Shown here: in pieces, positions 48,536-60,613 of the stretch
Layout: each line of letters opens with the position of its first letter
Numbering within the stretch: position 1 is the first letter of the stretch
Source: Escherichia coli
GTDB lineage: Bacteria > Pseudomonadota > Gammaproteobacteria > Enterobacterales > Enterobacteriaceae
Length of the DNA stretch: 64,000 nucleotides
NCBI RefSeq assembly: GCF_017348835.2
Contig: NZ_CP071375.1
Reading direction: 5' to 3' (one strand)
The notes under the pieces: generated by a model
Database searches by the model: none
The model's input: only the letters and a program-made list of their open reading frames with translations
Told to the model about the DNA's origin: nothing
Made by a program: the position numbers and the translations under genes

Positions 48536-49465
48536 TTACTCCCCTTCACCCGGAAACAGGAACGGGTTGATGGAACTGCGGGCATAGCCTTCTTGCTCCA
48601 TTCGTGCGTCCAGTACCAGAGAGGCGAGGTCATCTGCTACGGCTTCGATTTTTGGATCTTTTTCCTGATAGAGAATTTTCAGGTAAGTGCCGCAGTCATC
48701 GCAGCTTTCGGCTTTAATCGCGGCCTGTTCGTCATCCAGCGACCAGTAATGCAGTTTGCCGCTCTGCTCGCAGTTGCTGCATTTTACGCGCACTACGTGC
48801 CATTCGGTTTCACACAGGTTGCAGTGCAGGTAACGCAGACCCTGAGTGGTGCCAATTTGCACCATGCTGGACACCGGCATAGAGCCACATACCGGGCAAT
48901 ATTGACGTTGTTCGCCGTATTCAGCGCGGGCTTTGCCGGGGATCAGATTGGCCATCTGCGCCCAGTAGAGCGACAGCGCAGCCCAGATAAACGGCGCTTT
49001 ATCGCTGCTGACGGACGAGAAATCAGAGGCAAACAGCGCGCTGGCCATATCTTCCAGCTCCTGAGTCGATGCCTTCTCCAGATTCTCAATCACTGCCAGC
49101 GCCGGGCCGCTCATTTCAGGTTTCAGCTCAGCAATTAGCGCCATCAGCAGCTTTTGCCAGTGCTTATCACGCGGCAGAACGTGAATATCCAGCGGGGGCT
49201 TGCCCTGTGCGCTGGCTTCTTTAATGCGCGCGGTCAGATCCATCTCCAGCGGATGGTCGTACAGCACCACTTCCTGGGCGTGGGCGATAAGCGCAGCAAA
49301 GCGCAGGTAATCACCCAGCGGATTATTTTCTGCCAGCTCGCGCAGACGCTCGGCGCGGCGGTTGTATAAATTCTTGAGCCGAGGGAACAATAACGGCGGA
49401 ATCATATCCGCCGTACGTTTCTCGCTCGAACCCAGCTCATCTTGCGGGATTATGCGAATACTCAT
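48536..49465 (-). CDS. fdhE: Formate dehydrogenase formation protein FdhE
   Basis: 309 aa with paired CxxC motifs ([25 protein letters not shown]). Confidence 0.93.
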   Translation of the reverse strand: MSIRIIPQDELGSSEKRTADMIPPLLFPRLKNLYNRRAERLRELAENNPLGDYLRFAALIAHAQEVVLYDHPLEMDLTARIKEASAQGKPPLDIHVLPRDKHWQKLLMALIAELKPEMSGPALAVIENLEKASTQELEDMASALFASDFSSVSSDKAPFIWAALSLYWAQMANLIPGKARAEYGEQRQYCPVCGSMPVSSMVQIGTTQGLRYLHCNLCETEWHVVRVKCSNCEQSGKLHYWSLDDEQAAIKAESCDDCGTYLKILYQEKDPKIEAVADDLASLVLDARMEQEGYARSSINPFLFPGEGE

Positions 49466-50097
49466 TCAGCTTTCTTTTCCGTTGTCTTGCGGACCTCACG
49501 GTACCAGCGCGGGTGATGTTTCTTCGCCCAGGCGCTGGTAACCCATCCTTCCACCATGGCGGTAATCGTGCCTTTCACCCAAAGGGCGGCGTAGATATGC
49601 ACCATGATAACCACAATTAACGCCACTGCGGCAAATGAATGCAGCATTAACGCGAATCGGATCACCGGGATTGAGAAAGCAGGCGCAAAATAAGGACGCC
49701 AGATAATCACGCCGCTCACCAGCAGCAGAACCAGGAAAATAATCGCCGCCCAGAAAACGCATTTCTGACCGAAGTTATAACGCCCGGTGTCACCTACTTC
49801 CTCGTTGACGACGATCTTACGAATATTCTTCGCCCAAAAGATATCATCCCGATTGATTAGGTTGTGATGCCAGTAACGGAAAAACATGATGATGAACGAG
49901 GCAAACATAACCACGCCGACAAACGGGTGCAGAATTCGCGCCAGCTGCGGTGTGCCCATGATTTGCATCAACCAGTTGAAGGACGGGAACAAAAAGCCCA
50001 GCCCGCTCACCGCCGCCAGGATGAAGCAGAAGGCGGTGATCCAGTGGTTGATACGTTCCGGCGCGGTGTAGCGCACGATGGTGTCACGTCGTTTCAT
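49462..50097 (-). CDS. fdoI: Formate dehydrogenase-O cytochrome b556 subunit
   Basis: 211-aa membrane ORF overlapping fdoH and fdhE. Confidence 0.92.
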
Positions 50098-50996
50098 TTG
50101 CGCTCCTCGTCTTTCTCTTCGTGCAGATTATTCTCTTCCTCATCCGCACGGTTCGGACCGACACCCACGTAGTGGAAGATACTGGCTGCGAAGGTAGCCG
50201 CAAAGCCAACAGCTGCGAGCGGTTTCCAGATGCCTTTCCAGAATTTCACGGTTTCGCTGATTTCCGGGTTCTCCGGCAAGCCATGATACAGATTTGGCTT
50301 GTCAGCATGGTGCAGCACGTACATAACGTGTGTACCACCGACGCCTGCCGGATCGTACAGACCCGCATTGTCGTAACCGCGGGTTTTCAGCTCAGCAACG
50401 CGCTCGCTCGCCAGCGTTTTCATCGACTCTTTCGTACCGAAGTGAATCGCGCCCGTTGGGCAGGTCTTCACGCAGGCTGGTTCTTGCCCAACCACCACGC
50501 GGTCAACGCACAGCGTACATTTGTAGACGCGGTTGTCTTCCGGGTTGAGGCGCGGAATGTCGAACGGACAGCCCGCAATGCAATAACCGCAGCCAATGCA
50601 CTGCTCGGACTGGAAGTCGACGATACCGTTGGCATACTGAATAATTGCACCTTCCGCCGGGCACGCTTTCAGGCAGCCTGGATCGGAACAGTGCATACAG
50701 CCGTCTTTGCGGATCAGCCATTCCAGTTTGTCGTTCTGCTCCACTTCTGAGAAGCGCATCACCGTCCACGATTTGGCGCTTAAATCATTGGGGTTGTCGT
50801 ACACCCCAATGTTATTGCCGACGGTATCGCGAATGTCGTTCCACTCTGAACACGCCACCTGACAGGCTTTACAGCCGATACAGGTGGTGACGTCGATGAG
50901 TTTCGCCACTTCTTCCTGGAAGTCCCGCGCCTGAGGCGCGGGGGTCAGACCGTTAGTCGCGGAACGACGAATGATATCTTGCGATTGATAAGCCAT
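50094..50996 (-). CDS. fdoH: Formate dehydrogenase-O iron-sulfur subunit
   Basis: 300 aa with several 4Fe-4S ferredoxin motifs ([37 protein letters not shown]). Confidence 0.93.
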
Positions 50997-51008
50997 ATGT
51001 CGTCTCCG

Positions 51009-54000
51009 TTACACCTTTTCCACATTCACAAGGAAGGACTTAAACTCCGGCGTCTGCGTGTTCGCATCACCAACGAATGGCGTTAACGTATTGGCAATAA
51101 AGCCTTTTTTAGCTACGCCTTCATAGCCCCAGTGAATCGGAATACCGATGGTATCGATATCTTTGCCGTTCGCTTTCAGCGTGCGAATACGTTTGGTCAC
51201 CACCGCTTTGGCTTTGATATAGCCACGGTTGGAGGAGACTTTCACGGTATCGCCCTGGGCAATGCCAAGTTTATTCGCCAGCGACTCACCGATTTCCACA
51301 AACTGCTCTGGCTGCAAAATCGCGTTCAACAGCGCGTGTTTGGTCCAGTAGTGGAAGTGCTCGGTCAGACGATAGGTGGTTCCGACATACGGGAACTTAT
51401 CGGCTTTACCCAATGCTTCGGCGTCGTCTTTAAAGATTCGCGCAGCCGGGTTCGAGATAACGTTTGGATGCAGCGGGTTAGTTCCCAGCGGCGTTTCAAA
51501 CGGCTCGTAGTGTTCCGGGAACGGACCTTCCGCCATCTTATCGAGGGCAAACAGACGTCCCATGCCTTCCTGCTGCATGATAAACGGCCCGACGCCGCTG
51601 CCCGGAGGCGCTGCGCTGTAGTCCGGAATATCCCAGCCGGTCCACTTAGTGCCGTCCCATTTCAGCAACTGACGCTTCGGATCCCACGGGTTACCCTGCG
51701 GATCTGCGGAGGCGCGGTTATACAGAATGCGGCGGTTAAGCGGCCATGCCCATGCCCAGCCCAGTGTGTTACCGAGGCCAGACGGATCGGCGTTATCACG
51801 GCGTGCCATCTGGTTGCCTTCCGGCGTCCAGCTACCGGCGAAAATCCAGCAGCCACAGGAGGTTGTACCATCATCGCGCAGTTGGGCGAACGAGCTAAGT
51901 TGTTGGCCTTTCTTGACGATAACCGCACCGGTTGCCGGATCGGTAATATCGGCCAGCGCCTTACCGTTGCTCTCCATCGCTACTTCTTCCGACTTCGGCT
52001 CATGCGGAATGGCGTAGTTCCATGTCATGTTCAGCACCTGGTCCGGGTTCGCGCCACCCTGTTCGGCATACATCTTGCGCAAGCGCAGGAAGATACCGGA
52101 GAGGATCTCGCCGTCAGTCAGCGCAATCCCCGGGGCGTCCGCACCTTTCCAGTGCCACTGTAACCAGCGACCTGAGTTAACGATTGAACCGTTCTCTTCT
52201 GCGAAGCAGGTCGATGGCAGACGGAACACTTCGGTCTGGATCTTCGACGAGTCAACTTCGTTCAGCTCACCGTGGTTCTGCCAGAAGTTAGAGGTTTCAG
52301 TGTTCAGCGGGTCGATGGTGACGAGGAACTTCAGTTTCGACAGACAACCGATCACTTTGTTTTTGTTCGGGAATGAGGCAACAGGGTTAAAGCCCTGGCA
52401 GATATAGCCATTGACCTTGCCCTCTTTCATCATCTCGAAGTATTGCAGGACGTCGTAGCCTTTATCCCACTTCGGCAACCAGTCAAAGCCCCAGCTATTT
52501 TCCGCCGTCGCTTTATCACCAAAGAAGGCCTTCATCATGGAGACGAAGAATTTCGGGTAGTTGCCCCAGTAGTTTACCTGGCCTTCCAGCAGCGGTTTTG
52601 GCGTGTTGGCGGTAAGGTAGGTTTGCAGATCGGTCTGCTTCTCGCTTGGCAGCGTCATGTAACCCGGCAGGCTCTGCGACAGCAGCCCCAGGTCCGTCAG
52701 CCCCTGAATATTGGAGTGACCGCGCAGGGCGTTAACGCCGCCGCCTGCCATCCCCATATTGCCGAGCAGCAGCTGGATCATCGCCATCGTACGAATGTTC
52801 TGCGCACCAACGGAGTGTTGCGTCCAGCCGAGGGCATACAGGAACGAGGCAGTTTTATCGTGAGCACTGGTTTCTGCGATGTATTCGCTGACTTTCAGGA
52901 ACGCGTCTTTTGGCGTACCACAGATGTTTTCAACCACATCTGGCGTGTAGCGGGAAACGTGCTGTTTCAGCAAGTTCCACACGCAGCGCGGATGTTGCAG
53001 CGTGGTATCGCGTTTGGCGAAGCCGTTTTCGTCCAGTTCGTAAGTCCAGGAGGATTTATCGTACTTGCGTTTTTCCGCGTCATAGCCGGTGAACAGGCCA
53101 TCTTCAAAGCCGTAATCCTCACGCACGATCAGGCTGGCGTTGGTATAGGCTTCGGTGTATTCGCGGTTGAATTTTTCATTGTTCAGCAGGTACAGCAATA
53201 CGCCTGACAGGAAAGCAATGTCAGTACCGGAACGAATAGGGGCATAGTAGTCAGCCACCGCCGCCGTACGCGTAAAGCGAGGATCGATCACAATCAGCTT
53301 CGCGCCATTGTGAATTTTGGCTTCCATCGCCCAGCGGAACCCGACCGGGTGAGCTTCAGCGGCGTTACCGCCCATCACCACGACGAGGTTGGCGTTCTTG
53401 ATGTCGACCCAGTGGTTGGTCATCGCACCGCGACCAAATGTTGGAGCAAGACTTGCTACCGTTGGTCCGTGTCAGACACGCGCCTGGTTGTCGACCGCGA
53501 GCATACCCAGCGCGCGGGAGAATTTTTGCGTTAAATAGCCGGTTTCGTTACTCGACGCGGAAGCACACAGCATCCCGGTGGAGAGCCAGCGGTTAACAGT
53601 CACGCCTTCGGCGTTTTGCGCAATGTAGTTAGCATCGCGGTCTTCTTTCATCAGTTTGGCGATGCGATCAAACGCCTCTTCCCAACTGATTTGCTGCCAT
53701 TTATCAGAACCTGGCGCACGGTATTCCGGAAACTTCAGACGGCTTTCGGAGTGGATGAAATCCACCAGGCCAGCGCCTTTCGGACAAAGTGCACCGCGGT
53801 TGACCGGGTGATCCGGATCGCCTTCGATATGGAAGATAGATGCTTTGGCGTTTTTTGCTCCGTCACCGAGGCTGTACATCAACAGCCCACAGCCTACGGA
53901 ACAATAGGTGCAGGTATTACGGGTTTCGCGGGTGCGCAGCAGTTTATACTGCCGGGTTTCCGCGAGTGCTACGCTGGGTGCAAAACCCAGTGCCGCTGCC

Positions 54001-54059
54001 GTGGTGCCTGCCATACCGCCAGCGCAGATCTTAAAGAACTGCCTTCTGCTGACCTGCAT
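51009..54059 (-). CDS. fdoG: Formate dehydrogenase-O catalytic subunit (selenocysteine-containing, Tat-exported)
   Basis: Track ORFs 53472..54059 and 51009..53423 share a frame and are joined by a single in-frame TGA (plus-strand TCA at 53472..53474) in the context ...ARV-U-HGPTVA...; twin-arginine signal RRQFFK at the N-terminus; 1016 codons in total. Confidence 0.93.
53425..53471 (-). promoter_or_regulatory. Probable SECIS stem-loop immediately 3' of the fdoG UGA codon
   Basis: Position inferred from the in-frame UGA and the known requirement for a downstream SECIS in bacterial selenoprotein mRNAs; the structure itself was not folded here. Confidence 0.5.
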
Positions 54060-54252
54060 GGATTGCTCCTTGTTTCGACATTGTCACGTCCCATTTACAT
54101 TCGCTTGCTGCGTGTGCAGGGAGTGGGAGTTATTTTTCTTTGCGGAAGGGGCCGCAAAGGTCCAGAATTGGCTCAATTTCCCTCCATCCAGGAAGGGTTT
54201 GTAACAGAATACCATAATGTTGGTGTGTGTGTTCTTATCTGGTTAAGAGAAA

Positions 54253-55086
54253 GTGAAAAAAACACAGCAAAAAGAAATCGAAAATGTGACAAATATCACA
54301 GGTGTTCGTCAAATTGAGTTATGGCGGCGTGATGATTTACAACACCCACGGTTAGATGAGGTCGCGGAAGAAGTTCCCGTTGCGCTGGTCTACAACGGCA
54401 TTTCGCATGTGGTGATGATGGCGTCGCCCAAAGACCTTGAGTACTTTGCGCTCGGTTTTTCGCTTTCCGAGGGGATAATAGAAAGTCCGCGCGATATCTT
54501 CGGCATGGATGTCGTTCCTTCCTGTAATGGTCTTGAAGTACAAATTGAGCTTTCCAGCCGCCGCTTTATGGGGTTGAAGGAGCGCCGCCGGGCGCTGGCG
54601 GGACGTACGGGCTGTGGCGTATGCGGCGTGGAGCAACTTAATGACATCGGAAAACCGGTGCAGCCGCTACCGTTCACCCAGACGTTTGATCTCAACAAAC
54701 TGGATGATGCATTACGTCATCTCAACGATTTTCAGCCAGTGGGGCAACTGACTGGTTGTACTCACGCCGCTGCATGGATGTTGCCATCTGGCGAACTGGT
54801 CGGCGGGCATGAAGACGTGGGTCGCCATGTGGCGCTGGACAAACTGTTAGGCCGCCGGTCACAAGAAGGGGAAAGCTGGCAGCAAGGTGCGGTACTGGTT
54901 TCCAGTCGTGCCAGTTATGAAATGGTGCAAAAGTCGGCGATGTGCGGCGTAGAGATTTTGTTTGCGGTGTCTGCCGCGACCACGCTTGCTGTAGAAGTGG
55001 CTGAGCGCTGTAATTTGACACTGGTAGGTTTTTGTAAGCCGGGTCGGGCAACGGTTTATACCCATCCGCAGCGTTTGAGCAATTAA
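54253..55086 (+). CDS. fdhD: Formate dehydrogenase accessory sulfurtransferase FdhD
   Basis: 277-aa ORF divergent from fdoG. Confidence 0.92.
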
Positions 55087-55238
55087 TTAAAATAAGTCCT
55101 GCGATATATATTAAATTGCAGGACTTATTCATTTCGTGAATTTTATTATTTTATTTATAAACAAAATGCGTGTAGTGGCGTTTTCTTTTTTCATTTATTA
55201 TGTTCACTCTCTTATCTATATATTTATAAGGCAATTAA

Positions 55239-56294
55239 ATGAAAAGGAATTTATTATCTTCCGCTATTATAGTCGCCATCATGGCCCTCAGTCTGACGGG
55301 TTGTGATGATAAAAAAGCCGAAACAGAAACGCTCCCGCCTGCCAATAGTCAACCTGCCGCACCAGCTCCTGAAGCGAAACCTACTGAAGCTCCCGTTGCA
55401 AAAGCAGAAGCTAAACCTGAAACACCTGCGCAACCGGTGGTCGATGAACAAGCGGTTTTCGACGAAAAAATGGATGTCTATATCAAGTGCTACAACAAGT
55501 TACAGATCCCGGTACAGCGCAGCCTGGCGCGTTATGCTGACTGGCTGAAAGATTTTAAACAGGGGCCTACCGGTGAAGAGCGTACTGTTTATGGCATCTA
55601 CGGCATTAGTGAATCCAACCTCGCTGAGTGTGAAAAAGGCGTAAAAAGTGCTGTGGCGTTAACGCCTGCGCTGCAACCAATTGATGGCGTGGCGGTGAGT
55701 TATATCGATGCTGTCGTGGCGTTGGGTAATACCATTAACGAAATGGATAAATATTACACCCAGGAAAATTATAAAGACGATGCGTTTGCGAAAGGGAAAA
55801 CGCTGCACCAGGCATTCTTAAAAAATCTGGAATCCTTTGAACCTGTAGCAGAATCTTATCATGCGGCGATTCAGGAAATTAATGATAAGCGTCAGCTTGC
55901 GGAACTGAAAAATATTGAAGAAAGAGAAGGGAAAACATTCCACTACTATTCTCTGGCAGTCATGATTTCAGCGAAACAAATTAATAACCTGATATCGCAA
56001 GAGAAGTTTGATGTTGATGCGGCAATGAAGAAAGTGTCTGAACTGGAAACGCTGGTGGCGCAGGCCAAAGAAGCGGATAAAGGCGGCATGAATTTCTCGT
56101 TCATTAATTCGGCAGACCAGTATCAACTCGAGACTAAAAAATATGTTCGCCGCGTCAGAGATAAAGTCCCGTACTCTGACTGGGATAAAGAGCATCTTCA
56201 GGATGCAAACACAAGCTGGATGGTCGAAGACTCATTTCCACGAGCGTTACGCGAGTACAACGAAATGGTTGATGACTATAATAGCCTGCGTTAA
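55239..56294 (+). CDS. yiiG: Lipoprotein YiiG (DUF3829)
   Basis: 351 aa with a lipoprotein signal peptide (LSLTGCDD) and a proline/alanine-rich linker. Confidence 0.85.
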   Translation: MKRNLLSSAIIVAIMALSLTGCDDKKAETETLPPANSQPAAPAPEAKPTEAPVAKAEAKPETPAQPVVDEQAVFDEKMDVYIKCYNKLQIPVQRSLARYADWLKDFKQGPTGEERTVYGIYGISESNLAECEKGVKSAVALTPALQPIDGVAVSYIDAVVALGNTINEMDKYYTQENYKDDAFAKGKTLHQAFLKNLESFEPVAESYHAAIQEINDKRQLAELKNIEEREGKTFHYYSLAVMISAKQINNLISQEKFDVDAAMKKVSELETLVAQAKEADKGGMNFSFINSADQYQLETKKYVRRVRDKVPYSDWDKEHLQDANTSWMVEDSFPRALREYNEMVDDYNSLR

Positions 56295-56343
56295 ACGTTT
56301 TTGATGATAAATGCAGTGTCGGATGCGGCGCATCCGACACAGT

Positions 56344-58092
56344 TCACCCCTTGTGAAGTAACTCCATAAATGCCTCATATCCTGTTAACCCGGCAATAAC
56401 TTCTGCCGGATGCTGACACAATACGCTTGCCAGATAGCTAAATATTTTTAGCTCATGACGCGCATCGGCGGCGGTGCAGGCGATCAAGACATGGTTAATG
56501 ACTTCGTTATTCACCTCAACTGGTTGGGCGAGGGTAATAAAAAATCCACGAAAACGTCGCTCCTGTTCGCTCCAGCAATGTGGGATGGCGAGGCGATTAA
56601 CAATCAGGTTTTCACCTTCGCCTTCGCGGGCGATGATCCGTTGCGCTTCATCGGCGGTAATATGGTGTTGTGCGACTAATTGCGCACAAATTTGCCGGGT
56701 AATATGTTGCCAGCTTTCACCGCGTACATTCGAATAATGAAAACTTCCGGGGGCAGAGAAAAAACGCTCCAGTTGCTGGCGAATAAATGCCGTCGCCAGA
56801 AAATGTTTTATTTGTTCGATACCGGCAGCCGTAATGATATTTTTTACGGTGATGTAATTATTTACCGCGTCATCCAGTAAATAATGGCTGTTGTTAATGA
56901 TCAATAACGGCTCAATTTCTTCGCGAATGGCAACAAGTTCGCTTAAGCTACGGGCAATAATCACCCGACAATGTAAAACATCGCGCTCAATGGCGAGCTG
57001 ATTAATGGTGGCAATCGCGTTCTGGTCCGAGAGCAAAATGATCGGCTGGCGTTCGTTTTGATGCCGTTCCAGCGCACAGGCAAAATACAAACCGATCAGA
57101 TCGCTGTCGAAAAGGGGAATATCGAGCTGTTCACGCAGTAGCGTAATAAAGTGCAGACTCATATCAAAGGCCGCAGGCCAGGCGGCTTTCAGGTTATTCA
57201 TGCTGCTTTGGCGGTGCTCAGCAATCCACACCGGTGCGGCGAGGCAACGTAATAAATGCCCGGTAATATTCTCAACCAACTGCGTATCAATAATATTCAA
57301 TGACGCGATGCCTGGCACCATTTGCAGCAACCCCAGCACATGATCGGCAGAAATTATCTGCGCTTGCTGATGCTGTTTCTCTATCAAACCCGTCAGGGTT
57401 CTTACAGCATTATCACCAAGAAACAGACCGCTATGTTCAACGATTTGTTTTATCTCGTTACCGGGATATTGCGGCCACTCATCGGTCAGTTGATTACGCA
57501 GGGCGTAAATCGCCAGAATCAGGCTGGAGAGATAATCACCCTGCATGAGCGGCCAGCGGTGTTGGTTGTCGCAGGCCGTGGATAAATGCTGAAGGTTGTC
57601 TCGTGTTACGCCCGCCAGCGGAATTAAAAACGGATCTTTGCGTAGCAAGTTCGCCAGCAAGATAACGCGTTTCTCTTCTGTTTCATCAATGAAATGGCCC
57701 AAACCAGGGCGGCTGGCCAGGCAACAAGTGCGTTCATAACGCTGTTTTAACCGGGGCAGACGCTCTGCGACCCACGTTTCCGGCAAATTAAGCACCGAGG
57801 CGAGTTGCGCACGGGGAGTAAAGGTATTCAGTAATAACAGCGCCAGCAGCCGATCGTCGTTATCGTGCTTTTGCAGCAACTGAAAAAAGCTGCGGCGCTC
57901 GAAGATTTCCAACTGATAGCCCGCACTGCCACTGGCAGAGATACGAGCTTTGCCGTTAAGGGTAAAGTTGAGATAGTCAATATCACGCAGGATGGTCCTG
58001 CCTGAAACGCCAGTCTGTTGCGCCAGCTCGCCAGGCGTGCGCGGCTGTTGCTCCAGCGGATCGACAATCTTTAACTGGCGTTCGTTTAGCAT
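56344..58092 (-). CDS. frvR: frv operon transcriptional regulator FrvR
   Basis: 582-aa ORF with an N-terminal HTH and C-terminal PTS EIIA-like region; immediately upstream of frvX. Confidence 0.88.
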   Translation of the reverse strand: MLNERQLKIVDPLEQQPRTPGELAQQTGVSGRTILRDIDYLNFTLNGKARISASGSAGYQLEIFERRSFFQLLQKHDNDDRLLALLLLNTFTPRAQLASVLNLPETWVAERLPRLKQRYERTCCLASRPGLGHFIDETEEKRVILLANLLRKDPFLIPLAGVTRDNLQHLSTACDNQHRWPLMQGDYLSSLILAIYALRNQLTDEWPQYPGNEIKQIVEHSGLFLGDNAVRTLTGLIEKQHQQAQIISADHVLGLLQMVPGIASLNIIDTQLVENITGHLLRCLAAPVWIAEHRQSSMNNLKAAWPAAFDMSLHFITLLREQLDIPLFDSDLIGLYFACALERHQNERQPIILLSDQNAIATINQLAIERDVLHCRVIIARSLSELVAIREEIEPLLIINNSHYLLDDAVNNYITVKNIITAAGIEQIKHFLATAFIRQQLERFFSAPGSFHYSNVRGESWQHITRQICAQLVAQHHITADEAQRIIAREGEGENLIVNRLAIPHCWSEQERRFRGFFITLAQPVEVNNEVINHVLIACTAADARHELKIFSYLASVLCQHPAEVIAGLTGYEAFMELLHKG

Positions 58093-59162
58093 TAATCCAC
58101 CTGACGGAACTGGCTAAACGCGTTGACTTTCTCCGCAGTTAAGGTGGTCAGAAAATCCCGTATCAGCGTGAGCAGAGCATCATAATCGGCTTTTGAAATC
58201 ATACCGCTGTTAGCGTGCAGATAACGAGTTGGCAGACACAGCGCGACAACCGGACGCCCTCCGCCCATTACGTTGTAGCGCCCGCCATCCGTCGCTCCGG
58301 TTTTCATGGTGGAAAATTGCAGCGGTAAACCGTTATGTGCGGCACAGTTTTTTAACGCCGCCACCAGTTTCTGGTTGGGTAAGTAGCGCTTGTCAAACAG
58401 CATCAGCCCCGGCCCCTGGCCCAGTTTCAGCGGGTATTTAATGTTATCAATGCCCGGAACATCACCTGCGACAGCGGTATCCAGCACAATCACCACATCC
58501 GGTTTAATGTGTTCCGCCGAGGTTTGTGCCCCGCGTAGCCCAACTTCTTCTTCCACGCTGCCGACGCCGTACAGCGTAATTTCTGGGTTATTTACTGTCT
58601 GTAGTAGCTCCGCCATCATCGCGCAGCCGATGCGGTTATCCAGCGCCTTGCCGACTACTTTATCTTCGCCCCAGCAGGCAAAATTGGCTTCCGGGCTAAT
58701 AAAATCGCCAATTTCCACGCCGCGCTTTTCCGCTTCTTCGCGACTTTTCGCGCCAATATCAATGAACATCTCATCAAATGACAGCGGTTGTTGCTTTTGC
58801 TTTTCCGTTAACGCATGAGGCGCGACGGAACCAATCACACCAGGGATTTTATATCCCTTGTGTGTGCGTATGGTTACCCGGTGGTTGAGCATCGACTGAT
58901 TCCACCAGCCGCCAATGGTGGTAAAGCGCAGAAAACCGCTCTCGTCGATGTGGGTGACCATAAAGCCGACTTCATCCATATGCCCGACAACGGCAACTTT
59001 TGGACCTTTATTTCCCTTACGGGCAACAAAGCTGCCCAGACCATCAAAGGTGATCTCATTAACGCAAGGTTCCAGCGTGTTTATCAGAATGTCGCGAACT
59101 TCCTGTTCATCGCCGCTGACGGCGCTGGCTTCGCACAACTGTTGCAGTAACTCAATGTTCAT
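58092..59162 (-). CDS. frvX: M42-family aminopeptidase/endoglucanase-like protein FrvX
   Basis: Track ORF 58092..59168 (358 aa); start tentatively placed at MNIELLQQL. Confidence 0.85.
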   Translation of the reverse strand: MNIELLQQLCEASAVSGDEQEVRDILINTLEPCVNEITFDGLGSFVARKGNKGPKVAVVGHMDEVGFMVTHIDESGFLRFTTIGGWWNQSMLNHRVTIRTHKGYKIPGVIGSVAPHALTEKQKQQPLSFDEMFIDIGAKSREEAEKRGVEIGDFISPEANFACWGEDKVVGKALDNRIGCAMMAELLQTVNNPEITLYGVGSVEEEVGLRGAQTSAEHIKPDVVIVLDTAVAGDVPGIDNIKYPLKLGQGPGLMLFDKRYLPNQKLVAALKNCAAHNGLPLQFSTMKTGATDGGRYNVMGGGRPVVALCLPTRYLHANSGMISKADYDALLTLIRDFLTTLTAEKVNAFSQFRQVD

Positions 59163-60603
59163 GGACAAGCTCCTGTTGCGCAGCTTTCGCTTTGCGGCGT
59201 AACCACAATCCTTTCAGGACGATAATGAATGAAATGTTCAGCGCGAGGCCAATCGCCAGCACCAGATAAAACGAACCCACCGGCGACATCAGGCCGATCA
59301 GCGGGTCAAAGATACCCAAACCAGGTGCCAGACGTTTGATTCCGAAAGCGATCACCAGCACGCCGGTAATACCGCCCGCCAGCGTATTGGCGGTAATCAT
59401 CGGCAACGGAGCTGCCAGAGCGTAAGGAATAGCCGGTTCGGTTGCGACTGTGGCACCGACCACAATGGCACTACTGGCAGCCTCTTTTTCCTGTCGGGTA
59501 AACAGTTTGGGCGCAATGAACGTCGCAAGACCCGCCGCGACGGGCGGCATCAGCGCGACAACGCCGACGATGGCGTACCAGTCATAAATGTGTTTTTCCA
59601 GCAGTGAGAAGCAGAAGAACCAGGCGGTTTTATTGATGGGGCCGCCCATATCGAACGCCAGCATCGCACCGACCAGAAACGCTGCCGCAAACTTCATTGA
59701 TGGAGGAATGGTATTGAGGAAGTGCAGTAGCCCGCCCATGAGGTCGGACATCACCGGTCCGATAACGTAGTAAGTGAGCACGCCAAAAACCAGCAGAGTA
59801 ACGAACGGGATCAGCATTGAACCGAGCAGCGGTTGTAATGCTTTGCCAAGACGGACTTTACGGAACCAGAAGACGAAATAGCCAATCGCCAGCCCCAGCA
59901 CCACCGCGCCGAGGAATCCCGCACCCGACTGGGTGCCGAGCAGCGCTTTGTCGTTCGCCAGATAGCAAACCAGAAACGCCGGAGCGAAAGCCGGTTTATC
60001 GGCAATCGACGAGGCAATATAAGCGCCCATGATGGGGATCATAAAGGTGAAGCCAAGGTAACCGATGGATTCAACTACCCAGGTAAACGACGGCGCGCCT
60101 TTCGACATATTGGTATACGGCAAACCGAACTGCACCAGCATGTTGGCAAGCGCCACCAGGATACCACCGCCGATGACAAACGGCAGCGCCGCAGAGACGC
60201 CCGCCATCAGGTGGCTCATCACGCTGCCGCTTTGTACTTCCTGTTTGCCTAGCTTCACGCCGCTATCTGCGGCAAAAAGCTGCGAGTTTGTTGGTAATTC
60301 ACTGAAAATCTGGTCGATATTTTTCAGCGCCTGGGAGATGGCAATCTCATAAACCTTTTTCCCGGCAAACCGCGCGCGATCGTCACCGCTCAGGCCACGC
60401 CCGGTGGCGAGAATCACGTAATCGGCAGCGGCAATCTCTTCGCTGGATAAGCGGTTTTCAACGCCGCTGGACCCTTGAGTTTCCACTTTTATGGTATGGC
60501 CGAGAGAACGGGCTTTCTGTTCCAGGGCTTCCGCCACCATGTAGGTGTGAGCGATCCCGGCGGGGCAGTTGGTGATCGCGACAATACGTAAGGATGACTC
60601 CAT
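59152..60603 (-). CDS. frvB: Fructose-like PTS permease EIIBC component FrvB
   Basis: Track ORF 59152..60609; N-terminal EIIB cysteine motif (ITNCPAGIAHTYM) followed by a polytopic EIIC domain. Confidence 0.88.
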   Translation of the reverse strand: MESSLRIVAITNCPAGIAHTYMVAEALEQKARSLGHTIKVETQGSSGVENRLSSEEIAAADYVILATGRGLSGDDRARFAGKKVYEIAISQALKNIDQIFSELPTNSQLFAADSGVKLGKQEVQSGSVMSHLMAGVSAALPFVIGGGILVALANMLVQFGLPYTNMSKGAPSFTWVVESIGYLGFTFMIPIMGAYIASSIADKPAFAPAFLVCYLANDKALLGTQSGAGFLGAVVLGLAIGYFVFWFRKVRLGKALQPLLGSMLIPFVTLLVFGVLTYYVIGPVMSDLMGGLLHFLNTIPPSMKFAAAFLVGAMLAFDMGGPINKTAWFFCFSLLEKHIYDWYAIVGVVALMPPVAAGLATFIAPKLFTRQEKEAASSAIVVGATVATEPAIPYALAAPLPMITANTLAGGITGVLVIAFGIKRLAPGLGIFDPLIGLMSPVGSFYLVLAIGLALNISFIIVLKGLWLRRKAKAAQQELVHEH

Positions 60604-60613
60604 CGCCACTTCC

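Noticed and set aside
53472-53474. fdoG as a pseudogene with a premature stop
   Set aside because: The TGA is at the known selenocysteine position of formate dehydrogenase catalytic subunits and the frame is otherwise intact.
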